Below are positions 16,684-24,126 of a stretch of DNA of 51,154 bases, piece by piece; positions within the stretch are counted from its first letter, which is position 1, and every line of letters begins with the position of its first letter. The translations under genes and the position numbers were made by a program. The stretch spans positions 1 to 51,154 of IMG/VR virus record IMGVR_UViG_3300010401_000012. One strand, written 5' to 3'. The notes below the pieces were generated by a model that searched no databases, was not told where the DNA came from, and saw only the letters and a list, made by a program, of their open reading frames with translations. The DNA is from a virus (Duplodnaviria; Caudoviricetes).

Positions 16684-19195
16684 GCGGCTGTTGCGCCCGC
16701 ACCTTGGCAGTAGGGTAGGTTAAACTGCCATTATTCAATCTAGCCAACTCCGATGCATATGCCGGAGCACTGGACAAGAGGGTGAGAGGCCCTCCCAATA
16801 CAGTAGTGCTTTGAGGCGGTGACAAGCCATAACCTCATCGATCTCCACAGGGAGCCGTGCCAGTCGGCTGCTTATCCGTAAGTGAGAGCCACTACGAAAT
16901 TCTTGAACGTAGCTCAACAGCAAGAGCCCCGACTTGTATAGTCTTGTGGACCCGATTAAAGACGGTCGTAATTCAAGGTGGGAAACCTCGGGAGATCAGG
17001 GTTAAAGTCCCTGCGTTCAGCCTTAGTTGATACTGAAGAGCAAATCGTCTGAGCATGGCTCTATGGGTTGACGCCCCCAGTATCATGCCTCCTGCCTTCC
17101 AACGCAGTAGAGGTGAAGAAACCGTACAGGTAAAACTGGCGGGAAGAGACCGCAGCCGGGTTTGGAGTAAGGTCCACGTCTGAGGTGAATTCCTGATCGG
17201 GAACCGTGATCCGTAGGTGGAAGCGTACAACCGCATGCCGTCTAGGCTGCTCTGTGATCAGGCGTGGAGTAATCGCACGAGGAACATGCCACGTTAATCC
17301 GTCCTCCGCTACGTACTTACGAAAGCATCTGAAGGCTGTCGTAGCCTCGGTGGCCCGCGTAAGCCGTCACCAAAACAACGTAGATGTCGGTAGGGACACT
17401 CCGCAAGGAGGCACGTATAATCCGTGCGTTTAAACAGGCGACCTCTCAAAGTAAGATGCGAGACAGGACATTGAGGGACTGTCGTTGTAAGCACACCGCT
17501 CTCATAAGGCGGTATATAAAATGCATGGCTCGCAGATCGGCCAAGCGGTGTCGTAGTGCAGCGGGTGGTTGTGGACCATCGCAGCATAGGGGTTGTCTGG
17601 AATGGCAGCTCTCGAAGAGCACTGACCTACATGGTAGGTACACACCAAGGATGCTAAGCAAGACTTCTAACGCGGACCCATTCTTGAGTGGCAATCCGTA
17701 GTACACCGTGACGCCACGGGGTTACAAGGTAGCATAGATACCGACGATCTTTCTGACCGAAATGAGGGAGCGTGACCCTCGCCCGTGGGACGGGTTTCAT
17801 GAAGATAGTAGGTTGGACGGCAAGAAGCCCGGTTCGATGCCGGGGTAACAGGTGAAACTTCTTGACGACGTATGGATCGCTGAAGGTCGGGGTGGGATGC
17901 AATCGGGGTGCAACCCGATTTAGGAAGCGTCGAGCACTTCCCTTGTATGAGTCGCCTACAGCCCGGGCATGAAGTCGCTATAAAGCCGATGCATCAAAAA
18001 CCAGGGTATGCTCAGCCGTATCTGAGCTACAGCTTGATCGTCCACTGACGCTGGTTGGTAGGATGTAACCGTAGGGCCTGAGGTCACCGGACCGTTTAGG
18101 AACTCTGGAGCTGGAAGTCCATTTACCAAGACATGCTTCTGCAGCATTGAGGACTGTTCGCTAGGTTCTGTAGTGCTCAATCGTAGACGTAGCTTGGTCT
18201 AGGTTTAGGGTTCCCTATAGCCCAAACCGTAGGACGTAGAGCAGTGTATTGATTGTCGACACTTGCTTAGTAGGAAGAATGGTTTGGATGGTTACGACCG
18301 TACCCGCTGTGCCTGACTGTAAATCAGGTCCCTATTGGGGGGCGTGTTAGCCGTAGTGTACGACGCTGTAGTGGCCCGTATAATAGGCTTTCCTTAGCAG
18401 CACATTAAAGTAGGTCAAGAGAACACCCGACAGTCCATCGGGAGGTTCTAATCCTCCGACTCGGAGGGGTACCGCGGTAAGAACAACTGTGGCGAAGCAC
18501 CGCCGGTCTAGGTAGGCAGCGTATAGCAATGCCGTAGCCGAGAGAGACTGACAAGGATTGACCCAGTGAGACAGCGTTCACAACGGTACCAAACAGACAA
18601 CAGGGTTAACGACCCATTGTTTGCAACAGACTTGAGCCAGCGTAGCTGGCAGGCAACTTCGTTGCCGAACTAACATAAGCCAGAGGTCGTAGAGGTACGC
18701 CCTGAGCCGAATGAAGTCGTGGAACTCCGCATGGGGTGCAACTCCCTGGGATAAGAGCCGAGCATGTGGCTAGAGGGCCTTTACATGACCCTGACCGGAG
18801 CTGTAACGTAAACCTTCTTGTTAGCAAGTCCATGAGAATTCACCTAAAGCAGCGCCAGATTAGCGTTGAGCTATAAGAAGGGGATGTACCTTCTTAGATC
18901 AGAGAGAGGCCCGCAGGCAACACATCTCACCACAGAATGCACTCTGACAGAGGAGAGCACACAATGTGTGTCATGATCACGATGCTCAAGATGTTGAAAT
19001 ACCTCCAGCGTTGCCGGGAACCACCTTAAGAATTTCCCGGGGTGGGACGTAGGAACACCAAAGCAGTAGAGTCAGTTCTGCTGACGGCTAGTTAAATAGC
19101 TTGAAAGCTTACGAGTGTTCTAGTCCCACAATACCCGGATCGAATGGGAACCGGGGTGGCCCCTACTGGATGAGCGCCCCGTAATCCCCCATAAA
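16684..19195 (+). ncRNA. ~2.5 kb putative structured non-coding RNA or RNA array with tRNA- and rRNA-like parts
   Basis: No credible ORF in an otherwise tightly packed genome; dense short hairpins whose G-U pairs and loops read correctly on +; anticodon stem-loops and T-arms. Confidence 0.8.
16903..17021 (+). ncRNA. tRNA-like element with enlarged anticodon arm
   Basis: Acceptor TTGAACG/CGTTCAG, TA, D-arm GCTC-AACAGCAA-GAGC, CCGA...TCGG enclosing ~55 nt, GAGAT, T-arm CAGGG-TTAAAGT-CCCTG; no CCA. Confidence 0.7.
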
Positions 19196-19205
19196 GGAGA
19201 CGACC

Positions 19206-19490
19206 ATGAGTAAACTCGACAAGATTTTGGTCGAGGCCCTGCTCTTCAAGGATAAGCCTCCGACCGAAAAGAAATCCAAGAAAGCCATCACGATGAAGGA
19301 GTACATCAAGTTCAAGAAAGAATTTGATGAATTCCAGAAGTTGCTGAAGGAAGAAGCCGACAAGAACAAGCCGAAGGACGACAAGAAGAAAGACGAGCTG
19401 ACATTCTGGCAGAAGACTGCGCTCCTCCACATCGGTGCGCTCGGTTACTTCGCCACGTTGGCCTTGTTGTTCAGGCTGACATTCCACTAA
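19206..19490 (+). CDS. Lys-rich protein with C-terminal membrane segment
   Basis: AAAGGAGA RBS; strong codon bias. Confidence 0.75.
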   Translation: MSKLDKILVEALLFKDKPPTEKKSKKAITMKEYIKFKKEFDEFQKLLKEEADKNKPKDDKKKDELTFWQKTALLHIGALGYFATLALLFRLTFH

Positions 19491-19560
19491 CATTAGGACG
19501 GCCCCTCTGCGACGTCAGACTTAATATTGTACAGGCAAGGGTCGTCCTTTAGGACATACA

Positions 19561-19920
19561 ATGACTGATAAATACTATAATAAGAACGGTGATGTAGCCG
19601 TCTTGATCTCCAAAGATTATGGTGGGGGTTGGAGTACGTGGAATTCTGATTACGCAGAAGAGATGGTCTTCGATAAGGATATCGTTAAGATCATACTTGA
19701 CAATCCTATTAGACCTGAAACAATTCTTCGTTTGAGGCCTGAAGACTACGATAAGGTTAAAGAGATTTGTAAGACTAAGTACCCTAAGGCATACGTAGAC
19801 GGTATGGATGACTGCTTAACTGTCGAATGGTTGAAACCCGGTACTGAATTTATGATCCATGAGTATGACGGATCAGAAAGTATTTGGACCGCAGAAGATA
19901 TAAAGAAATACATTGCCTAA
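19561..19920 (+). CDS. Conserved-type phage hypothetical protein
   Basis: VAVLISKDYGGGWSTWN and IHEYDGSE motifs recalled from other phage proteins; AGGA RBS. Confidence 0.8.
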   Translation: MTDKYYNKNGDVAVLISKDYGGGWSTWNSDYAEEMVFDKDIVKIILDNPIRPETILRLRPEDYDKVKEICKTKYPKAYVDGMDDCLTVEWLKPGTEFMIHEYDGSESIWTAEDIKKYIA

Positions 19921-20788
19921 TATTTCTACATTAATACAGGACATACATGAATTCCTCCATGGAAACAGAGCCGACGGAACAGGTTGGTTCAACGAAGAAG
20001 TGGCAAAGGCGTACTCCGAGGAGGTCACCGGACGACTTAGACAAAGCTTTGGCCCTAGAGAAACTAAAGCTACTCTACGTCTCAGCCAGATGGGTCCAAA
20101 GTGCCCGCGACAGTTGTGGTACAGTATACACCGGCCCGAGCTTGCCGAACCTCTCCCCCCTTCCGCCGTGGTCAAGTTCACTTATGGACACCTACTCGAA
20201 GCCCTCGTAATCTCGTGGGCTAAAGCTGCTGGACACGAAGTCACAGGAGAGCAAGATGAACTGGTTGTTGACGGGGTCAAAGGTCACCGAGATTGCGTTA
20301 TCGATGGGTGTCTTGTTGATGTTAAGTCCTGTAGCAGTATTGCATTTCGAAAAATCAAAGATGGACTTCTGGCCCAGAGTGATGATTTTGGGTATCTCGA
20401 TCAACTTGATGGCTATCTTGTGGGCTCACGTAATGATACTCTTGTACGGGTTAAGGATCGAGGATATATTCTAGCCGTCGATAAACAACTAGGACACTTA
20501 GCACTCTATGAACACATTGGACGACCAGCTCAAATACACAATAGGATTAGCGAATATAAATCAATTGTGGATAGACTTGAGCCACCCCCTTGCGGATGCC
20601 ATACGGTCCCCGACGGTGCAAGTGGAAACATTAAACTTGATGTACGAGCGAGCTACAGCCCTTACAAATGGTGTTGCTTCCCTCATCTCAGATGTTTCGT
20701 CTACGCCAAAGGACCAGTCTACTTAACCAAAGTAGTTAGGAAACCAGATGTCATTGAAATTAATCAACAAGGTCAAGTCGTATATTGA
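19913..20788 (+). CDS. PD-(D/E)xK superfamily exonuclease (Cas4-like)
   Basis: LRLSQMG.CPRQLWY, GHLLE, GHRDCVIDG, VDVKS, YLDQL. Confidence 0.88.
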   Translation: MPNISTLIQDIHEFLHGNRADGTGWFNEEVAKAYSEEVTGRLRQSFGPRETKATLRLSQMGPKCPRQLWYSIHRPELAEPLPPSAVVKFTYGHLLEALVISWAKAAGHEVTGEQDELVVDGVKGHRDCVIDGCLVDVKSCSSIAFRKIKDGLLAQSDDFGYLDQLDGYLVGSRNDTLVRVKDRGYILAVDKQLGHLALYEHIGRPAQIHNRISEYKSIVDRLEPPPCGCHTVPDGASGNIKLDVRASYSPYKWCCFPHLRCFVYAKGPVYLTKVVRKPDVIEINQQGQVVY

Positions 20789-20999
20789 GCGGCTAAGGCT
20801 CTTCAAAGAAGTCGAACGCGAAGGAACTGCAGACGATTGGGCTACTGGTTTCAATATAAGATTTCGTGATGAATTTGGTACACTATGGCATATGGGTGCG
20901 TACAAGGACCCAGAACATTGGCATGAACAAAAGGTCAATCGTTCTCAGATTGTACACACACGTAACCAAATTATCAAAAGACTGAAGCGTATACTGTAG
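20748..20999 (+). CDS. Hypothetical protein
   Basis: AGGA RBS; overlaps the exonuclease 3' end. Confidence 0.55.
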   Translation: MSLKLINKVKSYIERLRLFKEVEREGTADDWATGFNIRFRDEFGTLWHMGAYKDPEHWHEQKVNRSQIVHTRNQIIKRLKRIL

Positions 21000-21025
21000 A
21001 CAAGCACAGTAAAATCTGTTATACT
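20997..21025 (+). promoter_or_regulatory. Sigma70-like promoter with extended -10
   Basis: TAGACA-N17-TATACT with TGT preceding the -10. Confidence 0.65.
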
Positions 21026-21083
21026 TAAAGACAGTTAGTCTATTACTGCGAAATAGATAATCCCAAGAAAAGAAAGAAAAACA

Positions 21084-21275
21084 ATGAACGCAGAATATCA
21101 GATCAAGACGGCCGACAATGGTTATCTCGTCCAGCGCGTCATCGAAGTCGAAGTCGAGAACACTCCGGATGCTCCTTTCAAGGACCCTTATGAGCGCTCG
21201 ATCTTCGTGTTCGCCGATTGGGCGGGCGTGATCGCATGGCTGAATGGTAATGAGCCTGCCAAGAAGGCTGCCTAA
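21084..21275 (+). CDS. Hypothetical protein
   Basis: Strong codon bias; lies downstream of a promoter. Confidence 0.7.
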   Translation: MNAEYQIKTADNGYLVQRVIEVEVENTPDAPFKDPYERSIFVFADWAGVIAWLNGNEPAKKAA

Positions 21276-21669
21276 ATCCTCTGTTGCCCCCTCGGGATTA
21301 ACCCCCCGAGGCCGGCATCTTCTTAAGAAATATGGGATAACAGAAGAACAATATGCTCTACTATATACTCAACAGAACGGAAGTTGCTACGTCTGTGGAA
21401 GACATTCTGATGAATTCAAATCCAGACTTGCAATCGATCACGATCACGAGACTGGGGAAATCAGAGGACTTCTGTGTTTCTTTTGTAATAGATACGTTAT
21501 CGGACGCTACCGTAGACGAAGTATCGAAACGCTTAGACGCGCTGTTGATTACCTCGACAGAGAATACACAGGCTGGGTAGTACCACCGAAGGTAAAGAAG
21601 AGGAAGAAACATGGACGAAAGCAATCCTCTACAAGTAAAGTTGTTAGACGGATACGGCGATCCCCATGA
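21244..21669 (+). CDS. Endonuclease VII family (recombination endonuclease)
   Basis: YGITEEQY, Q.GSCYVC, IDHDHETGEIRGLLC..CN; start uncertain. Confidence 0.9.
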   Translation: MVMSLPRRLPKSSVAPSGLTPRGRHLLKKYGITEEQYALLYTQQNGSCYVCGRHSDEFKSRLAIDHDHETGEIRGLLCFFCNRYVIGRYRRRSIETLRRAVDYLDREYTGWVVPPKVKKRKKHGRKQSSTSKVVRRIRRSP

Positions 21670-21976
21670 CACGGTGACTCATGATGGAGTACCGTATGAC
21701 CTCAATGTAATTCGTAAAGGTGTTCGCTACCTTCCTCGCCAACTATTTGCTGTAGCTGATATGGCATGGTTACTGGCTGAGTGCCCGTGGACCGAAGAAG
21801 ACGAACAACGCATACCAATAATTAATATGCGCCGTCCTGTTTTCGTAGTATGGTGGCAGGGTAAACTCTGTAACATCGATGGTTACCACCGATTAAAGAA
21901 TGCAGAACGTCTAGGGATGAAGTACCTTCCTGGAATTATGGTACCTGATGAAGTCATGAATGAGGCTAGAAAATAA
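21611..21976 (+). CDS. ParB/Srx-like domain protein
   Basis: PVFVV...IDGYHRL..A...G. Confidence 0.65.
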   Translation: MDESNPLQVKLLDGYGDPHDTVTHDGVPYDLNVIRKGVRYLPRQLFAVADMAWLLAECPWTEEDEQRIPIINMRRPVFVVWWQGKLCNIDGYHRLKNAERLGMKYLPGIMVPDEVMNEARK

Positions 21977-22007
21977 TGCGCGACGCAAAAGGATTTGATT
22001 ACCTCTG

Positions 22008-22223
22008 GTGGGTAGTTCCACTAACAGAAGTTGTTATACTTCTCGGTATAATGCTTTACTACATGAGGCTGGTTGGTACTTGAGCTACGCCGCCGTTCTA
22101 GAAGTCTATGACCTAGAGCAAATACTAGAATTAAACGACAAGACTACAGAAGAATGTCTAGAGTTTTTAGTGGAAGAAGGCTACATTGACCTCCCTCGTA
22201 TTAAGCCCTTGGATTTCGAATAA
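22008..22223 (+). CDS. Hypothetical protein (true start probably downstream)
   Basis: Acidic helical C-half DLEQILELND..LVEEGYIDLP. Confidence 0.5.
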   Translation: MGSSTNRSCYTSRYNALLHEAGWYLSYAAVLEVYDLEQILELNDKTTEECLEFLVEEGYIDLPRIKPLDFE

Positions 22224-22448
22224 CATATTCTTTGCTGGCTTGCCTGATGAAGACTTCAGAGGCTGGAAGTACGAAGAAGATTGTACGTGTGACCGCTGTG
22301 AACAATTCTACAAGGCTGCATACTACATGGTACAATGCTACGAAAATGGTCCACCCCAAGAACAGAGCTGAGCGTTTAGCTCTCACAAAGAAGAAACATG
22401 GTAAGAAAAGTCCCTACCCTCGGAGACCAACTGAAGAGGAAGACGAAG

Positions 22449-22688
22449 ATGCCATTCGGGAAGAAGTTCGCAGAGAAGTTTGGGACCGACAAGACGGTTA
22501 AGGTCTCCGTTGCAAACATCGAAGCTGCTGTTACCAGCGCTCTGTACGCAATGAGACTCATCCCAGAAAACACCGATATCCTCCAGATCAACTGGAGTGA
22601 CCTCGTCAACAAAAAACCCACCGATATTATAACAGTGGGAATTAAGATACCAAAGGAGACTATTAACACACGTGGTACGGGCAAATAG
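22449..22688 (+). CDS. Hypothetical protein (MPFGKKF...)
   Basis: GAGG RBS upstream; codon bias. Confidence 0.55.
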   Translation: MPFGKKFAEKFGTDKTVKVSVANIEAAVTSALYAMRLIPENTDILQINWSDLVNKKPTDIITVGIKIPKETINTRGTGK

Positions 22689-22923
22689 AAACTACGCCAA
22701 GGAGACAGCCTATGAAAATCGGCCGGAACAGGTTAAGCGTAGGGAAGCAAGAAACAAAGCAAGACGAAAAGCCATGCGGGCCGGAAAGGTCCACAAAGGG
22801 GATGGTAAAGAACTTGACCATGTTGGATATCATCGGACTGGGTCTCTTGACCACGTTCCAGTCAGGGTTGTTTCACAACATGCTAATAGAATTAGACAAC
22901 CGAAACGAAAAGGACGACGGTAG
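22672..22923 (+). CDS. Small HNH-like protein
   Basis: AAGGAG RBS; RNKARRK..GKVHKGDGKELDH...VVSQHANR. Confidence 0.75.
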   Translation: MVRANRNYAKETAYENRPEQVKRREARNKARRKAMRAGKVHKGDGKELDHVGYHRTGSLDHVPVRVVSQHANRIRQPKRKGRR

Positions 22924-23046
22924 TGCCTAACTACGTACTTAGTAGGACTAGTCCTCCTGCACACATATACGAACGTAAAGTTAACCTAGGTTATGGAGTG
23001 AAGGTCGATACAAGCGACGCACCCGGCCCAAAAGAAAGAAAAGAAG

Positions 23047-23241
23047 ATGTTAAAGAAGTTCTGGACGTGGTTGACAAGCCCGTTCGACCCGCTGCCTTCG
23101 CAGACGGTACTGTATTCGAAAGTGGTGGAAGAAACATCACCGACGCTTCCTATGAGGCCCAAGAGGCGGAGGAAGTCGAAGACAGTAGTCACGGAGGAAG
23201 CCACCCGTAGTATGCGGGAACGTCTAAATCTGCCGATGTGA
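23047..23241 (+). CDS. Hypothetical protein (alternative frame 22923..23210 possible)
   Basis: Two overlapping candidate ORFs that cannot be resolved by eye. Confidence 0.35.
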   Translation: MLKKFWTWLTSPFDPLPSQTVLYSKVVEETSPTLPMRPKRRRKSKTVVTEEATRSMRERLNLPM

Positions 23242-23330
23242 TCAGCCTTTACGGAACTTGACCAGCTAGATCATCGACACGGGGAGCAAAACGCGCTACT
23301 AACACTAGTGTAAGTTGGCTCCCCACTTTT

Positions 23331-23930
23331 ATGGATACTACAATGTTAGTCTACGGAATTACTGTAGCGGATACTCCGCCTCCCCCAACTCCGATAAAGA
23401 AAGGAAGTTGGTGGACAGAACAAATCAACAAAAAAGAAGTGGATCAAACCATGTTCGACGAATGCGTCTCTGCACCCTGCCTTCCCCGCGTGAAGGCCAA
23501 GGTTCTCGCTCCGATGGCTAACGCCCAGGTGATCGGGGCTACCCCCATCGAGGCTACCCAGCGGGACTACGTTGTCCAGAGGATCAGCCAGATCAAGGAC
23601 AAGCACAACTCTGCCCTCCGTGTCCAGTTCAATATGGACCCGAAGAACCCCAGCACCTTCTTGGAGCTGGAGAAGGCGATCAAGGACGGTGATTACACCG
23701 TCGATCTGGAGAAGGCCAAGTCTGGCGATGCCCGTTGGAACGGCATCTACTACGGTGTCACCTTCGGCAAGCCCACGGACGAGGAAGGCTACAACGCTGC
23801 CCGTCAGGTCCTGAAGATTGCGACCCAGAAGGCTCTGGACAAGGCAGCTCTGCGGTCCCCTGACCAGCTCGAAGCTCTCATCGAAGAGTTCGAGGGCTGG
23901 ACCCTCCCTACGTCGACTACGGCCGCCTGA
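23331..23930 (+). CDS. Hypothetical protein (start may be ATG 23451)
   Basis: Strong GC3 codon bias from ~23451. Confidence 0.75.
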   Translation: MDTTMLVYGITVADTPPPPTPIKKGSWWTEQINKKEVDQTMFDECVSAPCLPRVKAKVLAPMANAQVIGATPIEATQRDYVVQRISQIKDKHNSALRVQFNMDPKNPSTFLELEKAIKDGDYTVDLEKAKSGDARWNGIYYGVTFGKPTDEEGYNAARQVLKIATQKALDKAALRSPDQLEALIEEFEGWTLPTSTTAA

Positions 23931-24053
23931 GTGATCTCATCAACTCTATCCGCCGTAGCCACGGTATGCCTGAGTTAGATGGTGGTAAGTACCACCGAGG
24001 CGTACTGCCCTACCGTTGAGTTGGTGGTTCCGTAGCTTTAAACCACAAAGAGA

Positions 24054-24088
24054 AACCCCGATGTCCTTACGGATGTCGGGGTTTTTTT
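24054..24088 (+). terminator. Intrinsic terminator between the convergent arms (possibly bidirectional)
   Basis: AACCCCGATGTCC-TTAC-GGATGTCGGGG followed by TTTTTTT; A-rich upstream. Confidence 0.9.
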
Positions 24089-24126
24089 ATGCTTATTTGG
24101 CTTGTTAAGCGCCTATGATAGGTTCT

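Noticed and set aside
17033-17060. Hammerhead-like CTGAAGA (also CTGATG at ~6853)
   Set aside because: No stem II followed by GAAA
18441-18457. Amber-suppressor anticodon arm (loop TTCTAAT) implying recoding
   Set aside because: GG-TTCNAAT-CC fits a T-arm better; genes read intact in the standard code and some end in TAG
16735-18833. Short ORFs in the six-frame track across the array
   Set aside because: No RBS, mixed strands, mostly non-ATG starts, Arg/Cys/Ser-rich random-like composition and no operon packing
19071-19130. GTTAAATAG resembling a pistol ribozyme linker or tracrRNA
   Set aside because: Required pseudoknot and flanking conserved elements are absent
16684-19195. Genuine rRNA gene, rRNA pseudogene or chimeric assembly
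   Set aside because: rRNA-like words are short, non-collinear and interleave 16S, 23S and tRNA parts; flanks join cleanly to phage genes
16684-19195. Ordinary tRNA gene cluster
   Set aside because: I could not assemble any canonical 72-90 nt cloverleaf with CCA
16684-19195. CRISPR array, group I/II intron, tmRNA or RNase P RNA
   Set aside because: No repeated 25-40 nt unit, no interrupted host gene, no domain V or convincing P7 pairing, and no tmRNA or RNase P terminal consensus
19913-20788. Cas4 as part of a CRISPR system
   Set aside because: No other cas genes or array; stand-alone PD-(D/E)xK exonucleases are routine in phage replication modules
747-24000. Lysogeny module
   Set aside because: No integrase or repressor/cro pair recognised; the lone ParB-like gene has no ParA
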